A DNA stretch of 63,686 bases, filler included, from Pirum gemmata (taxonomy: Eukaryota), in NCBI GenBank assembly GCA_002812295.1. It is 18 parts of 18 records of this genome, joined end to end, with 100 filler letters (N's around TTAATTAATTAA, not from the genome) between each part and the next. Parts side by side here need not be neighbours in the genome. Positions count along the whole stretch, not along the records: positions 10,122 to 13,421 come from PDIN01002942.1; positions 13,522 to 16,791 come from PDIN01002943.1; positions 16,892 to 22,422 come from PDIN01002944.1; positions 22,523 to 25,822 come from PDIN01002945.1; 14 more parts are not named here. One strand, given 5' to 3'. Positions within the stretch are counted from its first letter, which is position 1, and the number at the start of each line of letters is the position of its first letter. Made by a program: the position numbers and the translations under genes. Positions 11,146 through 22,794 of the stretch are shown here, one piece after another. Under the pieces are notes generated by a model. That model searched no databases, was not told the origin of the DNA, and was given only the letters and a program-made list of their open reading frames with translations.

Positions 11146-11347
11146 TCGTATTTTAGCTTCAAAAGCAGGCATGGTATGAATTTTTAAAAAATCAAAAATC
11201 CGAAAGGAATTGAAAAAATATATAATGGCAATTCAAACAGATAGTACGCCATTAGCAGTTCCAAAAAATCCTGATAAATGCATCGTATTCCAACTTTAAG
11301 CTAATGGGGAAGAAGGTATTTGAGGTTTTTGAGACGAAATTCAAGTA

Positions 11348-13292
11348 TTACTTTTTCACAAAGTTCCTATTTTCTACTTTAAAATGTAAAGGGCTACCTG
11401 CAAATTCATGATCATCATAGCTATCTTCTTTCGTACTAATGAGTATAGTACATTCATTAATATTACGATGATTAGGATCTCTTTTATTTCTATTTGTAGT
11501 AGCATCATACAAACAGTTGAGACCTACTAAAACTAAAGTGGTAGCATCATCATATTTAGTGTGATATCCTCTCTGTTGTATTTGATCAATTGCTTTTTGG
11601 GCAGTTTCATTCCGTTTTAATTCAATCACATAAGTAATGCGATCATCTCCAGATTTATCATCTATAATAATATCACTACGCCCATTACCTGTCTGCTCTT
11701 CTGTTCTGACATCAATATTTCTGTAACTCGTAAAAGCACCTTGTAAAAAAGAAGCCAATAATCCTTGAAAGCTTTTTTCTTCATTTTTAATGAATTCATA
11801 ATTAGAACTAGCAAAGCATTTCTTTTGTATTATTTTTAAGAAACGGATCCAATCTTTTTTATCTAAAGCAGATTTTATATCTGTGCTTGCTTTCCGACCA
11901 TCTTCTTTTTCTTGCTCATTAATAAGTGTTTCTAAGTTATCAGCTAGTGCTATTTTTATTTCTTTATTAGGAAATTTAAGTCCAAATTCTTCTGTAGTAT
12001 TATCATAAGTACCATCTAAAGTAAGATAACCAGTTTGATACATAAGGGGAATTAAATTAATCTCTTTATTATCTTTGGTAACCATTAACTGACTTTTAGT
12101 GGCTTTAAATACTTGTTGATCCCAGTCAATATTGAATCTATTAAGATTACCTTTCATTTGATTAATAAGTAGGGTAGGGTCTCCCTTACTATACCAATAC
12201 CCTTCTGGGTTACCCTCTTTAAAAAAAGAGAGTACAGAAGCAGGATTATAAATTCCTTTTCCTTCTTGAGAAAACTGATAGCCATTATAATAGGATTTAA
12301 TGGTATCCATTATATCTTCTTGCGTATAGTTTTCTTTCTTTCTTCTTTTCCATGTATCAGAAATAGTATTAAATCTATCTTTGAATAATTCTTGAATCTC
12401 TTCTTCCTGATACCCTACTATATCTGAAAAGGCTTCATCCATAGAAATATCATCTAAATTATTAGCTCCAGAGCATAATCCTGATAAACTAAACTTCGTT
12501 ACCCCTGTTACAAATTCAAGTTGTATGTCGTTACTACAGGTTTTTACTTCTGTAAAGAAATCCATGAGTATTTCTTTATTTTTTTTATGCAGTTCACTAC
12601 CCCATTCTAAGTTGACTATAGGACTATCATACTCATCGATTAATACTACTACTTTTGATTCATAGTCTCCACCCAGTTTTTTTAATTTGTTAAATAAAGA
12701 AATAAAATAAGATTTTAAAGAGTCATCTCCTTCAGGAGGTTTCATTTCTTTAGCAAGTCCATAATTATTAGCTATGTTAAATAAAGCTTTTTTGATATCT
12801 ATTTCTAATATCTTAGCAGATTCATTACATACTCCAGAAAAGTCCAATCTAATAACAGGATACTTTTTCCATTGGTATTTTTGTTCTACGCCATGTTCAT
12901 TTTTAAATATACCATCATAAATAAAAGTACCTTTAAACACTTCTTTTTTTGCTACTCCTTCTGCTATTGTAGCTAGCGTATCTATAAAAGAAGACTTACC
13001 AAAACGGCGGGGGCGGATGAGAAATGACGGTTTTCTCTCTGTTAAGAGCTGACCAGCATGTCCTGTTTTATCTGAATAGTAGTTGGAGTTTAATAATACC
13101 TCTATGCTGGTTACTCCTATAGGTAGGGTATTAGTTTCTCTTTTATAACTTTTACTAGTAGCATCTATTTCTTCAGCAGTTCTTTTCCCTGATTCTAAAT
13201 CATTCTCTATCATATTGTTTTTTATTTTAGCACAAGAGGAGCTTCCTATTAATAGTAGCAGGCAGGCTATTCTATATATGGCAGTAGTAGTC

Positions 13293-13294
<2 letters not shown>
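11348..13294 (-). CDS. Bacterial-type AAA-ATPase-like + PD-(D/E)XK nuclease protein with lipoprotein-like N-terminus
   Basis: Walker A RPRRFGKS, Walker B VVVLIDEYDSP, FVTGVTKFS, YYNGYQFS, IYNP, YQTGYLT, FPNKEI; C-terminal GRSDIII...YVIELK...AIDQIQQRGY. LLLIGSSSC resembles a lipobox. Start uncertain: TTG at 13294, first ATG at 13213. Confidence 0.92.
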
Positions 13295-13345
<51 letters not shown>

Positions 13346-13346
<1 letters not shown>

Positions 13347-13421
13347 TGGTAAGCCCAATAAGTACATACAACTCTGCCACTAAAGTACCAATAACATTCA
13401 CCATAGCTGCTCCTGCTGTAA
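13346..13421. repeat. Direct repeat of 10182-10257 (terminal redundancy, offset 3164 bp)
   Basis: TTGGTAAGCCCAATAAGTACATACAACTCTGCC...GCTCCTGCTGTAA occurs at both contig ends, each time after a (TAG)n/(TAA)n tract. Confidence 0.93.
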
Positions 13422-14082
13422 NNNNNNNNNNNNNNNNNNNNNNNNNNNNNNNNNNNNNNNNNNNNTTAATTAATTAANNNNNNNNNNNNNNNNNNNNNNN
13501 NNNNNNNNNNNNNNNNNNNNNAATTATAAGCATTAAACCATCTCGATAGCCTAGGGAGTCAATGTTTTTTATCACCATTATTTCTATCTTGATTATCATG
13601 CTTTCTTTTGTTATTATTATTATTGTTATTATTATTATTATTATTAATATTATATTATTATTGATAAAGTACTTTGGTACCAGTCAGTTAATTATTGGTC
13701 GGTAGCGGATCCAGTGAATGGTGTTATTATTTGCAAGAAAAGTTCTTAGCTTTTACTCATCTATTTAAATTTGTTGCGTTCGAAAACTTATTGTCATCCT
13801 TAGTACAATCCATTCTTTGGTCAATTTATTTCTGGCTAATTAACTAGGATCTTGAAGGCTGATTGTTAAGTATGTATATTAATCACTCAAAATTTATATT
13901 TTGTGTGTGTTTGATAGTATTATTAACAGTAATTTTGGAGATATCGAATTTCATACTTATAAGTGCCATGCTTAGTTGATATAGAATTAATCTATGGATA
14001 TTGTTTGATGATTTTCTCTTATAAAAGTTATCACTGTATCTGCGAAATCGAATCGTCGAAGCTGATTTCACGTTTCAGCAGT

Positions 14083-14481
14083 ATGCAATTTAATTATATA
14101 AATGCTTGTGATATTGAAAAGCATGAGTTTAGTCTAGATAAATCGAAATGTAAGGAAGTAGGGACACTGCTTGGTAAATGTCGTAGTAGTCGATTCGAAG
14201 ACGTAAAACTTTTGAATGTTGATAACAATGGTGCTGTCCATGAATTCACAGTTAAGCAAGAGATGAAATATGATTATATGAAGATATCTGATACTACACA
14301 TATTAAGTATAAATGTGCTGATAGCGTAAAGACAGCCGAGGGAAGTAACAGTGGAATGGGAGGTGCTTGGTATCTCCTAGTTAAACCATATTGGAAAGGA
14401 TTTAACCCAAGTTCTGTGGTATTCGCTATAAATTCTTCCTATGGGGATATCTATTTTGATACTTATAAGGGCCATGCTTAG
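14083..14481 (+). CDS. Hypothetical protein (132 aa from this ATG; may be a terminal exon)
   Basis: Complex ORF; a diverged in-frame copy of its 3' end (INSNFGDIEFHTYKCHA* vs INSSYGDIYFDTYKGHA*) lies ~506 bp upstream. Confidence 0.5.
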   Translation: MQFNYINACDIEKHEFSLDKSKCKEVGTLLGKCRSSRFEDVKLLNVDNNGAVHEFTVKQEMKYDYMKISDTTHIKYKCADSVKTAEGSNSGMGGAWYLLVKPYWKGFNPSSVVFAINSSYGDIYFDTYKGHA

Positions 14482-15297
14482 TTGATATAGAATTAGTCTA
14501 TGGATATTGTTTGATGATTTTCTCTTATAAAAGTTACCACTGTATTTATTTTTTATTATTTGTTATAAGTATATATCATATATATATAGTAAATACATTA
14601 CAAATTTATTAATAAATCACAAATTAATTAAAATTAACAATGTCATGATTCTTTAGATAGTTGAAATTATTATTATCAGTACTATTTTAAATTAATATTA
14701 ATAATATTAATATTAATATTAATATTATTGTGATAAAATTATTTTCTACTTTTAAATTAATAAAAAAATAAATAAATTATATATTATAGATGAGGCCTGG
14801 AACCATAGGGTTAGGGTCAGGGTTAGGGTTAGGGTTGTGACCATAGCTGGAAGCATAGCTAGGACCATAGCTGGTGATTATAACTGAAGTCATAGCTGCG
14901 TTCATAGTTGAGGGCATAGCTGGAATCCTAACTAATACTATAACTAGGACCGTAATTAGGACCGTAACTGGCACAAGAGCTAATTATAAGCATTAAACCA
15001 TCTCGATAGCCTAGGGAGTCAACTAGGTTGAAGCCACGACCTTAACTAAGGTCTAACACTAACCTTAACCACCACCATAACCATAACCACCACCACCATA
15101 TCAATTTTAAATTATTATTAATATTATTATTATTAATATTAATATTATTGTGATAAAATTATTTTCTACTTTTAAATTAATAAAAAAATAAATAAATTAT
15201 ATATTATAGATGAGGCGTGGACCGTAACTGGCACAAGAGCTAATTATAAGCATTAAACCACCTCGATAGCCTAGGGAGTTAACTAGGTTGAAGCCAC

Positions 15298-15975
15298 CAA
15301 CCCACGTACCTATTGTTTCGGTAGTAATAGCTTCCCATTGTCTAGCTAGAAACAAAATTGCGATGATGAAACTTTACTGATTTCAACTTTTCTTTATTAA
15401 TTTCGAATGTGACCTCAGCATTCTCCAGCGAACACCAGTCATTTATTTTTATATTATTGTTATAATTAGCTTTCAATTCTTCAAGACATGCAGTTTTAAC
15501 ATTGGTATAGTCTTTTGTATCCATCTTATACTCAGGATCGGATAGCAATTGATCATCAAAATAAGCACTGTCGTTATCAAGAGCAGTGGGGTTAGGTAGA
15601 CCTGATATAGTCATTCCTAAACTTTCCATATCACTGTACGACATTATAATTTTATATTCGTCGTTATGTAACTCCATTACAATAGGTTTGGTTTTTGTAA
15701 ACCTACCTCTACCTATGTTTAACATAACATCAGTATTTACTATCCCACTAGCTTCACCTACTACGCCTTTTTGGGCTAGTTTCAACTCTATAGGAGTGTA
15801 ATCTACTGATATACCACTCATCAATCACAGAAACTTCAGCACCTGTATCGATTAGGGCACGTATTCTGTATCTACCAAATTTAATAACTATAATTATTTT
15901 ATCTTTTTTATAGTTTTTATCAACAATAGACGACTCTTTGGTTAAGCAAATCGTATGTTTGTTATTTTCTAACCT
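15298..15975 (-). mobile_element. Ty3/gypsy-like pol remnant (aspartic protease through to the start of RT), frameshifted
   Basis: IIIVIKFGRYRIRALIDTGAEVSVIDE carries the retropepsin DTGA motif; a frameshift leads into ORF 15342-15824 (IIMSYSDMESLGMTISGL, then a protease-RT linker); QWEAITTETIGTW follows before truncation. Confidence 0.72.
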
Positions 15976-16336
15976 CTAAATCTTCTCGTCTAGTTTGCAG
16001 TTTGTTAGTAATAACAATACCTTAGGGTTTGATAATCCAGCATCTTATTTTCAGCAGTCCAGTCTTCAAGCATATGGCATACAAAATTTAAATAAAACCC
16101 CGGACGATATTTGGGGGGCTCCTTTTGCAGTACTTTGTCTACACAATTATAATTACTACAAGGACCAAAAGATTATCTGCCCGAACTGTGATGAAGTAAC
16201 CTTTACTTTTACCATTCCCAAATCCAATACAGAATTGGGTTTTGAAGTGTTTGCTACTATTACAAAATTACAAATACTCTTATTATTAGTAAAGTATTGC
16301 TAGGAGATGCGGGAAAAATCTCTCGAATCGAGACTA

Positions 16337-16377
<41 letters not shown>

Positions 16378-16398
16378 CATATCAAAATATAATCATTG

Positions 16399-16749
16399 TT
16401 ATGCAGCTAGTAAAAGTCCCTTGTGGTTTAAAACAAATAAAATGGCCATTATCATTAAAACGAAGAAAAAAAATAAAAAAGTAAAAAAATAACTTTTACA
16501 ATTCCCAAATCCCCGTATAGAACAACAGGGAATCCAACCACAACAGCAAGAGCCGGTGGTGGAATTACGGTTTTGTTGTCGATACGCAGTCAAGCTTCTT
16601 CTCACATTTCCCCACTCCCATTTAAACGCTACCTCGGCCTCTCTCTCTGCCACAACCCTTGCCCTTTCTTCTCGATGCTTTGTAATTTTATTTTTGTGTT
16701 TCCCAATTTTTTCTCGAATCTTTTCAGTGTTTATATATATAAATACCAT
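16399..16749 (-). CDS. Possible small tail-anchored membrane protein
   Basis: ATG ORF with charged N-terminus, Cys cluster CCCGWIPCC and C-terminal hydrophobic helix; no family recognised. Confidence 0.35.
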   Translation of the reverse strand: MVFIYINTEKIREKIGKHKNKITKHREERARVVAEREAEVAFKWEWGNVRRSLTAYRQQNRNSTTGSCCCGWIPCCSIRGFGNCKSYFFTFLFFFFVLMIMAILFVLNHKGLLLAA

Positions 16750-16921
16750 TAATATTGATGATGATGATAATGATAATGATGATGATGATGANNNNNNNNN
16801 NNNNNNNNNNNNNNNNNNNNNNNNNNNNNNNNNNNTTAATTAATTAANNNNNNNNNNNNNNNNNNNNNNNNNNNNNNNNNNNNNNNNNNNNTAGTAGTAG
16901 TAGTAGTAATAGTAGTAGCTA

Positions 16922-16975
<54 letters not shown>

Positions 16976-17743
16976 CTCTTTTAAAAAATCCAAAAAATTT
17001 TAAGTACAAAATAAATAACACCAAAATACCCTTTAGCAGTCGTGTTCTGTTTTTATTTGATAGACTAGCTTTCGTTTTCCTTTTTTGAGAAAACTTTTTA
17101 TATTCGGGAGTATATTTAATACAGACCAATAAGCGAATGTTTGGTATTTTTTTTATCGTAATTGATATTTTTTTTCATATATATATATATATATATATAT
17201 AATATGAAACAAAGAAATCAAAATAAATTAACAAATATAGAAATAATCTTTTCTTGTTATAATTAACAATAACTTGCAATTTCGATTCACTGGAAACGTT
17301 GTCAATCGAGGAAAACGATCCTTATCGCTATCATACATTGGATATCGAAGCGAAAGCAATTTTTTTTTAAATTTCACCAAATTATAAATTATTGAAACAA
17401 AAGGGATTTATAGTTAAAAGAAAGTAAAATAAAACCGATCGAAAAGACGTGTCGAATACTTGGATCACACAAACTTTTCATATTGAGAGCAATAACGGTC
17501 GAGTTGGCTTTAAAAACAAGATAAAATATAGCAGAGCATGGAAACTTTCTTGAAAATAGGCTTATCTTTTTCGACATTGCACAAGAATTGAGATTCATTA
17601 AGTTAAATAGAATCTTCGTCTACTTGACACAGCAAATAGAACAATTTACTGTTTACCATATTTCACTATATATAAAAAAATGGTTTAGTGCTATTCCAGC
17701 ACCATTTCAAAAAAAAACACAGCTTTAGTAGAGGCATTTTTTT

Positions 17744-18905
17744 TTACTTTTTCTTCTTGAAAAGCCCAAAACCTTTTTTCTTCTTTTCTTTGGGATGATC
17801 GTTATTGTGCTCTTCATTTTTATGGTGGTTTGCAGAAGGTTCACTGGCTTGTGGTTCCGGCGAAGGTTCTGGGGTACGGCGACTGCTCGTTTGTTTTCTC
17901 ACAGGCTTTGGTAAAGAATAAAGTAAGTTAAGCTCAAAAAACAATGAAGCATCAATATGGTTTCAGGATTAGGTTTAAATGTTTAAGCTTTATTTAACAA
18001 ACAGATACATATCGGGGTTACGATCAGATGCAAACAAACAAACAGAACAGAATATAAGGGGGTAACCAACACACAAATGGAAAAGAAAAACAAAAGAAAA
18101 ACAAAACAAACCTTTTCTCCAGTACACGCACTGGCATGGGATTCAATAGCTTGTTGATCAAATTTTTCGTTACACATAGGACACGCAACCTTTTTTTTAA
18201 AAAAAAAAAAAAGGGATGTTAAATACGTGTTTGAAAAATACACACACCCAACCCAACCCCATCCCATCACACCACACACAAGTCATTACACCAGACATAA
18301 TAATAATGATGATAATAATAATAAACGAAAAACGAAAACAGAAGAAAAGCAATCCGCAACCGTAACCCCAATCCACCTTAACCCTAACCGATTTTTATCC
18401 AAAAAACACAAAAAAAATACACAACAAAAAACCCCAATATGAAACATACAGTAGAGTCTTCAGGAGAGGGTCCTGAACAGGAAGCAGCGTGAGCTTGGAT
18501 TTCATTCTATATAATTATTTAAGATAAATAAATAAAAAAAAGTCATTATAAATTAATATATGAACAGCCAACAATATTCCTAAATTTAGAATGTACTAAA
18601 GCTCCAAGTTGTGATGTCACATCGCTTTTTTTATCTGCTAGGGACTGAAAAAGCTCTGGTATTAAAAAAGGGGGCAAACTTACACACTAATACCAATACC
18701 GTTTAAATTAACAAACTAAACTGAAGTAGATGATACTGATACTGATAATAACAATGATAGTGGTGAATAATGAAATGATTAAAGAGAACAACCCCAATCA
18801 TTGCCATAACTACGGTGTAATTACCTGAGGAAATTCTTTCTGACATAATGGACATTCCACTTTTGGAATAGATTCGACTTGAGGCTTTGGTTGACTTGGT
18901 TGGCT
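17744..18905 (-). CDS. 3' part of a protein with two UBZ4/Rad18-type zinc fingers; exons 18905-18825, 18506-18450, 18189-18112, 17905-17744
   Basis: GT-AG phase-0 splicing gives CPLCQKEFPQ|NEIQAHAASC and CPMCNEKFDQQAIESHASAC (C-x2-C-x11-H-x3-C) and a Lys-rich C-terminus; 5' exons absent. Confidence 0.8.
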
Positions 18906-18957
18906 CTATTTTAAAAATAAAAATAAAATTAAAAAGTAAAAATAAAAAAACACTTAA

Positions 18958-19110
18958 TTAGAGTTAGGGTTAAGGTTAGGGTTAAGGTTAGGGTTAAGGT
19001 TAGGGTTAGGGTTAGGGTTAGGGTTAGAGTTAGGGTAAGGGTAAGGGTTAGGGTTAGGATTAGGGTTAGGGTTAGGGTTAGGGTTAGGGTTAGGGTTAGG
19101 GTTAGGGTTA
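18958..19110 (+). repeat. Interstitial (TTAGGG)n tract with variants
   Basis: About 25 hexamer units including TTAAGG, TTAGAG and TAAGGG. Confidence 0.95.
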
Positions 19111-19384
19111 TTTTGTGATTTTGTAAAATCACTCTTNNTCTCCCAATTATCACCCCCTTCTCCCAATTATCTCCCACTATTAATTGTCCCCCCCTCCCCC
19201 AATTATCTCTTCCCGTTTATTTTTTGTTCTTACTTAAGTTTTTGGCTGTCTTTGTTCTGTATGTTTTTTTGCGAATGTCATTATTTCCTTTCATTTGTTA
19301 CACACCTTTTTATTTTGTCATTCAATATTATTATAATTTTGTGTTCATTATTATTATTACTATTATTATTTCTATTTATTAAAG

Positions 19385-19720
19385 GCTCTCTTGCTGGTCA
19401 CTTAAAACTTGGAAACTTAATTGTCTTATACGATGATAATAAAATTACAATTGACGGTGATACCGACTTATCATTTACTGAGGATGTTCCTAAGCGTTTT
19501 GAGTCTTATGGCTGGCATACATTAACTGTTATAAATGGCGATAATGATCTTGAAGCATTAAATAAAGCAATTGAAGATGCAAAAGCTGTCACAGACAAAC
19601 CAACTCTTATTTCAGTAAAAACTACTATCGGTTTCGGTTCCAAAATGGAAGGTAATACTAATGAATATTTCGATTTCTAATTATTGTCATTATAATCATT
19701 GTTGTTAAGTTCGTTTATTA

Positions 19721-19778
<58 letters not shown>

Positions 19779-21534
19779 AATATTAATATTTTTATAATTA
19801 TGTCGTTTATTTCAGGAACACATAGTGTTCATGGGGCACCTCTTAAGCCTGATGATATATCTCAATTAAAGGAAAAGTTTGGATTTAGCGGAGAAAGTAA
19901 ATTCGATATCCCTGAGGAGGTAAAAGAATTCTACGACCAATTAAAAACCGAGGGAGCCGAAAAAGAAGCCGCATGGAACGCGAAATTTGATGCTTACAAA
20001 GCAGCTTTTCCTAGTGAAGGAGCTGAATTGCAACGAAGAATTAATGGGGAATTACCCGAAAATTGGAAAGACTGTTTGCCAAAATGGACACCTGAGGACA
20101 AAACTTTAGCTACCCGACAAACTTCTCAAAAAGTTTTAAATGCGTTGGCTCCTGTTATGCCAGGTAAATGCATTTTTTCCTTTCTTTTTTTTTTTTTTGG
20201 CAAATTCTAGTTTTTGAACTGAACTTTTAGTTCCTTTGTTTTTTTCAATTAAGTGCATTGTGTATTGATGTATTTAGTTTAATTACTTTTTAGTCATTAA
20301 CTTATTCATGAATCCTTTATTATTAAAACAGAACTTGTTGGTGGCTCTGCTGATTTGACTCCTTCTAATTTGACCAATCTTGATTGCACACATGATTTTC
20401 AAGCTAAAACCTATGATGGTCGTTACTTTAGATTCGGAGTTCGTGAACATGGTATGTCTGCTATTGTTAATGGGTTGTGCGCCTACGGTGGATTGATTCC
20501 ATTTGGTGCTACCTTCTTTAACTTCATCGGTTATGCAGTAGGTGCTGTTCGTTTGTCTGCGATTAGTCATTTCCGTTGCTTATATATCATGACTCACGAT
20601 AGTATTGGTTTAGGTGAAGATGGTCCTACCCATCAACCTATCAATTCCTTAGCTATGATGCGCGCCATGCCAAACATTCTTACTTTTCGCCCTTGTGATG
20701 GTAATGAAACTTCTGGTGCTTATGCAACTGCTATTGAAAATGCTCACAGGCCATCCGTTCTTGTATTTTCTCGTCAAGGTTATTATTATTATTGTTATTA
20801 TCTGCGTATTTTATTTGCAAAACTTTTTTTTTTCATGGTTTTTTTTGTTTGTTTTTTGTTTTATCATACAAAAAACTTTAAAGCTAGAAAATAGAATTAT
20901 TCGGTTGGAAAAAGCTTTATTATATAATTATTTTACATTTTTTTGCATGCTCTAAAAAGTTCTTGGCAAGTAAACTCATTGTTTCATACCGTCTAATATT
21001 CATTATATCTGGTATACATTTCCATACTTTCCATTTAAAAAGCGAATTAACTGTATCATCTTTAATTTTATTTTTACGAAATAATCAGGTTGTCCACACC
21101 AGGAAAAAACATCCATCGAAGGTGTGCAAAAAGGTGGGTATGTCATTCATGACGTTGATGATCCGAAACTTATCCTTGTTTCTTCTGGTTCTGAAGTTCA
21201 ATTTTGCATGGATGCCGCTAAGAAAATGGGTAATGTACGTGTTGTATCCATGCCGTGTACTACTCTATTTGATGAACAATCATTGGAATATAAAAAGAGC
21301 GTGTTTCCAAACGGAGTTCCTTCGATGAGCGTGGAAGCTTTAAGTACTAAAGGCTGGCATGAATATTCTCATGTTCAACATGGTATGACTACATTCGGTA
21401 AATCTGGTAAAGGGTCAGATGTAATGACTCACTTCGGTTTCAGTTGTGATGCCATCAGCGAGAAAGGTGCTAAAATGATAGAATATTATTCTTCTAACCC
21501 AGTTCCATCATTGTTTGATCGACCTACATTTTAA
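19385..21534 (+). CDS. TKT: Transketolase (yeast/bacterial type), 5'-truncated; exons 19385-19651, 19816-20163, 20332-20778, 21089-21534
   Basis: [86 protein letters not shown]; three phase-1 GT-AG introns join in frame. Confidence 0.97.
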
Positions 21535-21540
21535 AGAGAG

Positions 21541-21700
21541 GAATATTGTCATGACTAACAAGGTATAAATCTGGGAAAGGGGCAGATATAACGTCTCACT
21601 TGGGTTGATGGTCTATTAGCGAGAAAGTTACTAAAACTATGATTCTTCTAATCCAGTTCAACCATTGTTTGATCGACTTACGTTTTAATTAAAAGAGGAT
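21541..21700 (+). repeat. Degenerate tandem duplicate of the transketolase 3' end (about 21361-21542)
   Basis: AAATCTGGGAAAGGGGCAGAT...AGCGAGAAAG...TTCTTCTAATCCAGTTC...CATTGTTTGATCGACTTACGTTTTAA parallels the end of the CDS. Confidence 0.8.
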
Positions 21701-22004
21701 TTCTTTTCGCTGAAAAAATAAAGAAATTTTTAAGCAAGAAGCTATTTTTTTCGATATCTTTTTCTTTTTTCTTTTTTAACCCTTATTTCTTATTTCTTGT
21801 TTCTTATTTCTTAAAATTGCTTTTTATTGACTCTATTTTTTTTAAATCCCTGTTTTTGTAATACTCATGTTTTCCACCAGTTAGGTTTTTTGAGAAAACG
21901 TTCCGTTACTGGGGTTTCTATTTACTAGGGACCTTCTTAAAGGACCTTCTACGGTTTAGAATAATAAATTCTCCTAGTTTTATTATCTGTTGATAACCTC
22001 TTTA

Positions 22005-22035
<31 letters not shown>

Positions 22036-22618
22036 GTAAAATATGCAACCAACTCTAGGCAACCAACTCTAGGCAACCAACTCTAGGCAACCAACTCAGA
22101 ACTCCAAAAATGGAAAATTCAATTTTTTTTTTTTTAGTTACTTTATCACTTTTCAATAAAAAAAAATTGAAAAAATCGAAAAAAGAAAACACCCTTCAGA
22201 TATCCCAGCGAAGATGGGCAAAAGAGAATCTTATCTAGAAAACTTGATAATATTTTACATTCAATATATATCAATACCTAATTCCATTTTCTAACCTTCG
22301 ATACCAATCAACCAACAAGCAAAAAAAACATACCCCTACACCCACCTCCTACCCCTAACCAATTATCTAGTTATAGTAGTGCGGTAGTAGTAGTAGTAGT
22401 AGTAGTAGTAATAGTAGTAGTANNNNNNNNNNNNNNNNNNNNNNNNNNNNNNNNNNNNNNNNNNNNTTAATTAATTAANNNNNNNNNNNNNNNNNNNNNN
22501 NNNNNNNNNNNNNNNNNNNNNNTTTTGTACTAAATAACATATAGGGTTAAAGAAGTTCCAGCGGATATATTTTATAGACTATTTTTTTGAAAATCCGAAC
22601 ACCACGTCTTGGAAATCG

Positions 22619-22653
<35 letters not shown>

Positions 22654-22794
22654 TAAGGTCCTTGAAAAAATAAAAACCTTTTTTTTATATATCATAGTAT
22701 TTTTATCATACATAGTCTAATAATGCATACAAAAAAAAAAGTAATTTTTTAATATTTATTACTAAGTTTAGACTACCTTTTATTTTTATTTTAA

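Noticed and set aside
10122..13421. Plain bacterial contaminant contig
   Set aside because: Essential genes appear only as broken abutting fragments and the unit is bounded by host-type microsatellites; a library chimera is still possible.
22045..22098. GCAACCAACTCTAG x ~4 as a CRISPR-like array
   Set aside because: Contiguous 14-bp minisatellite with no spacers and no cas genes.
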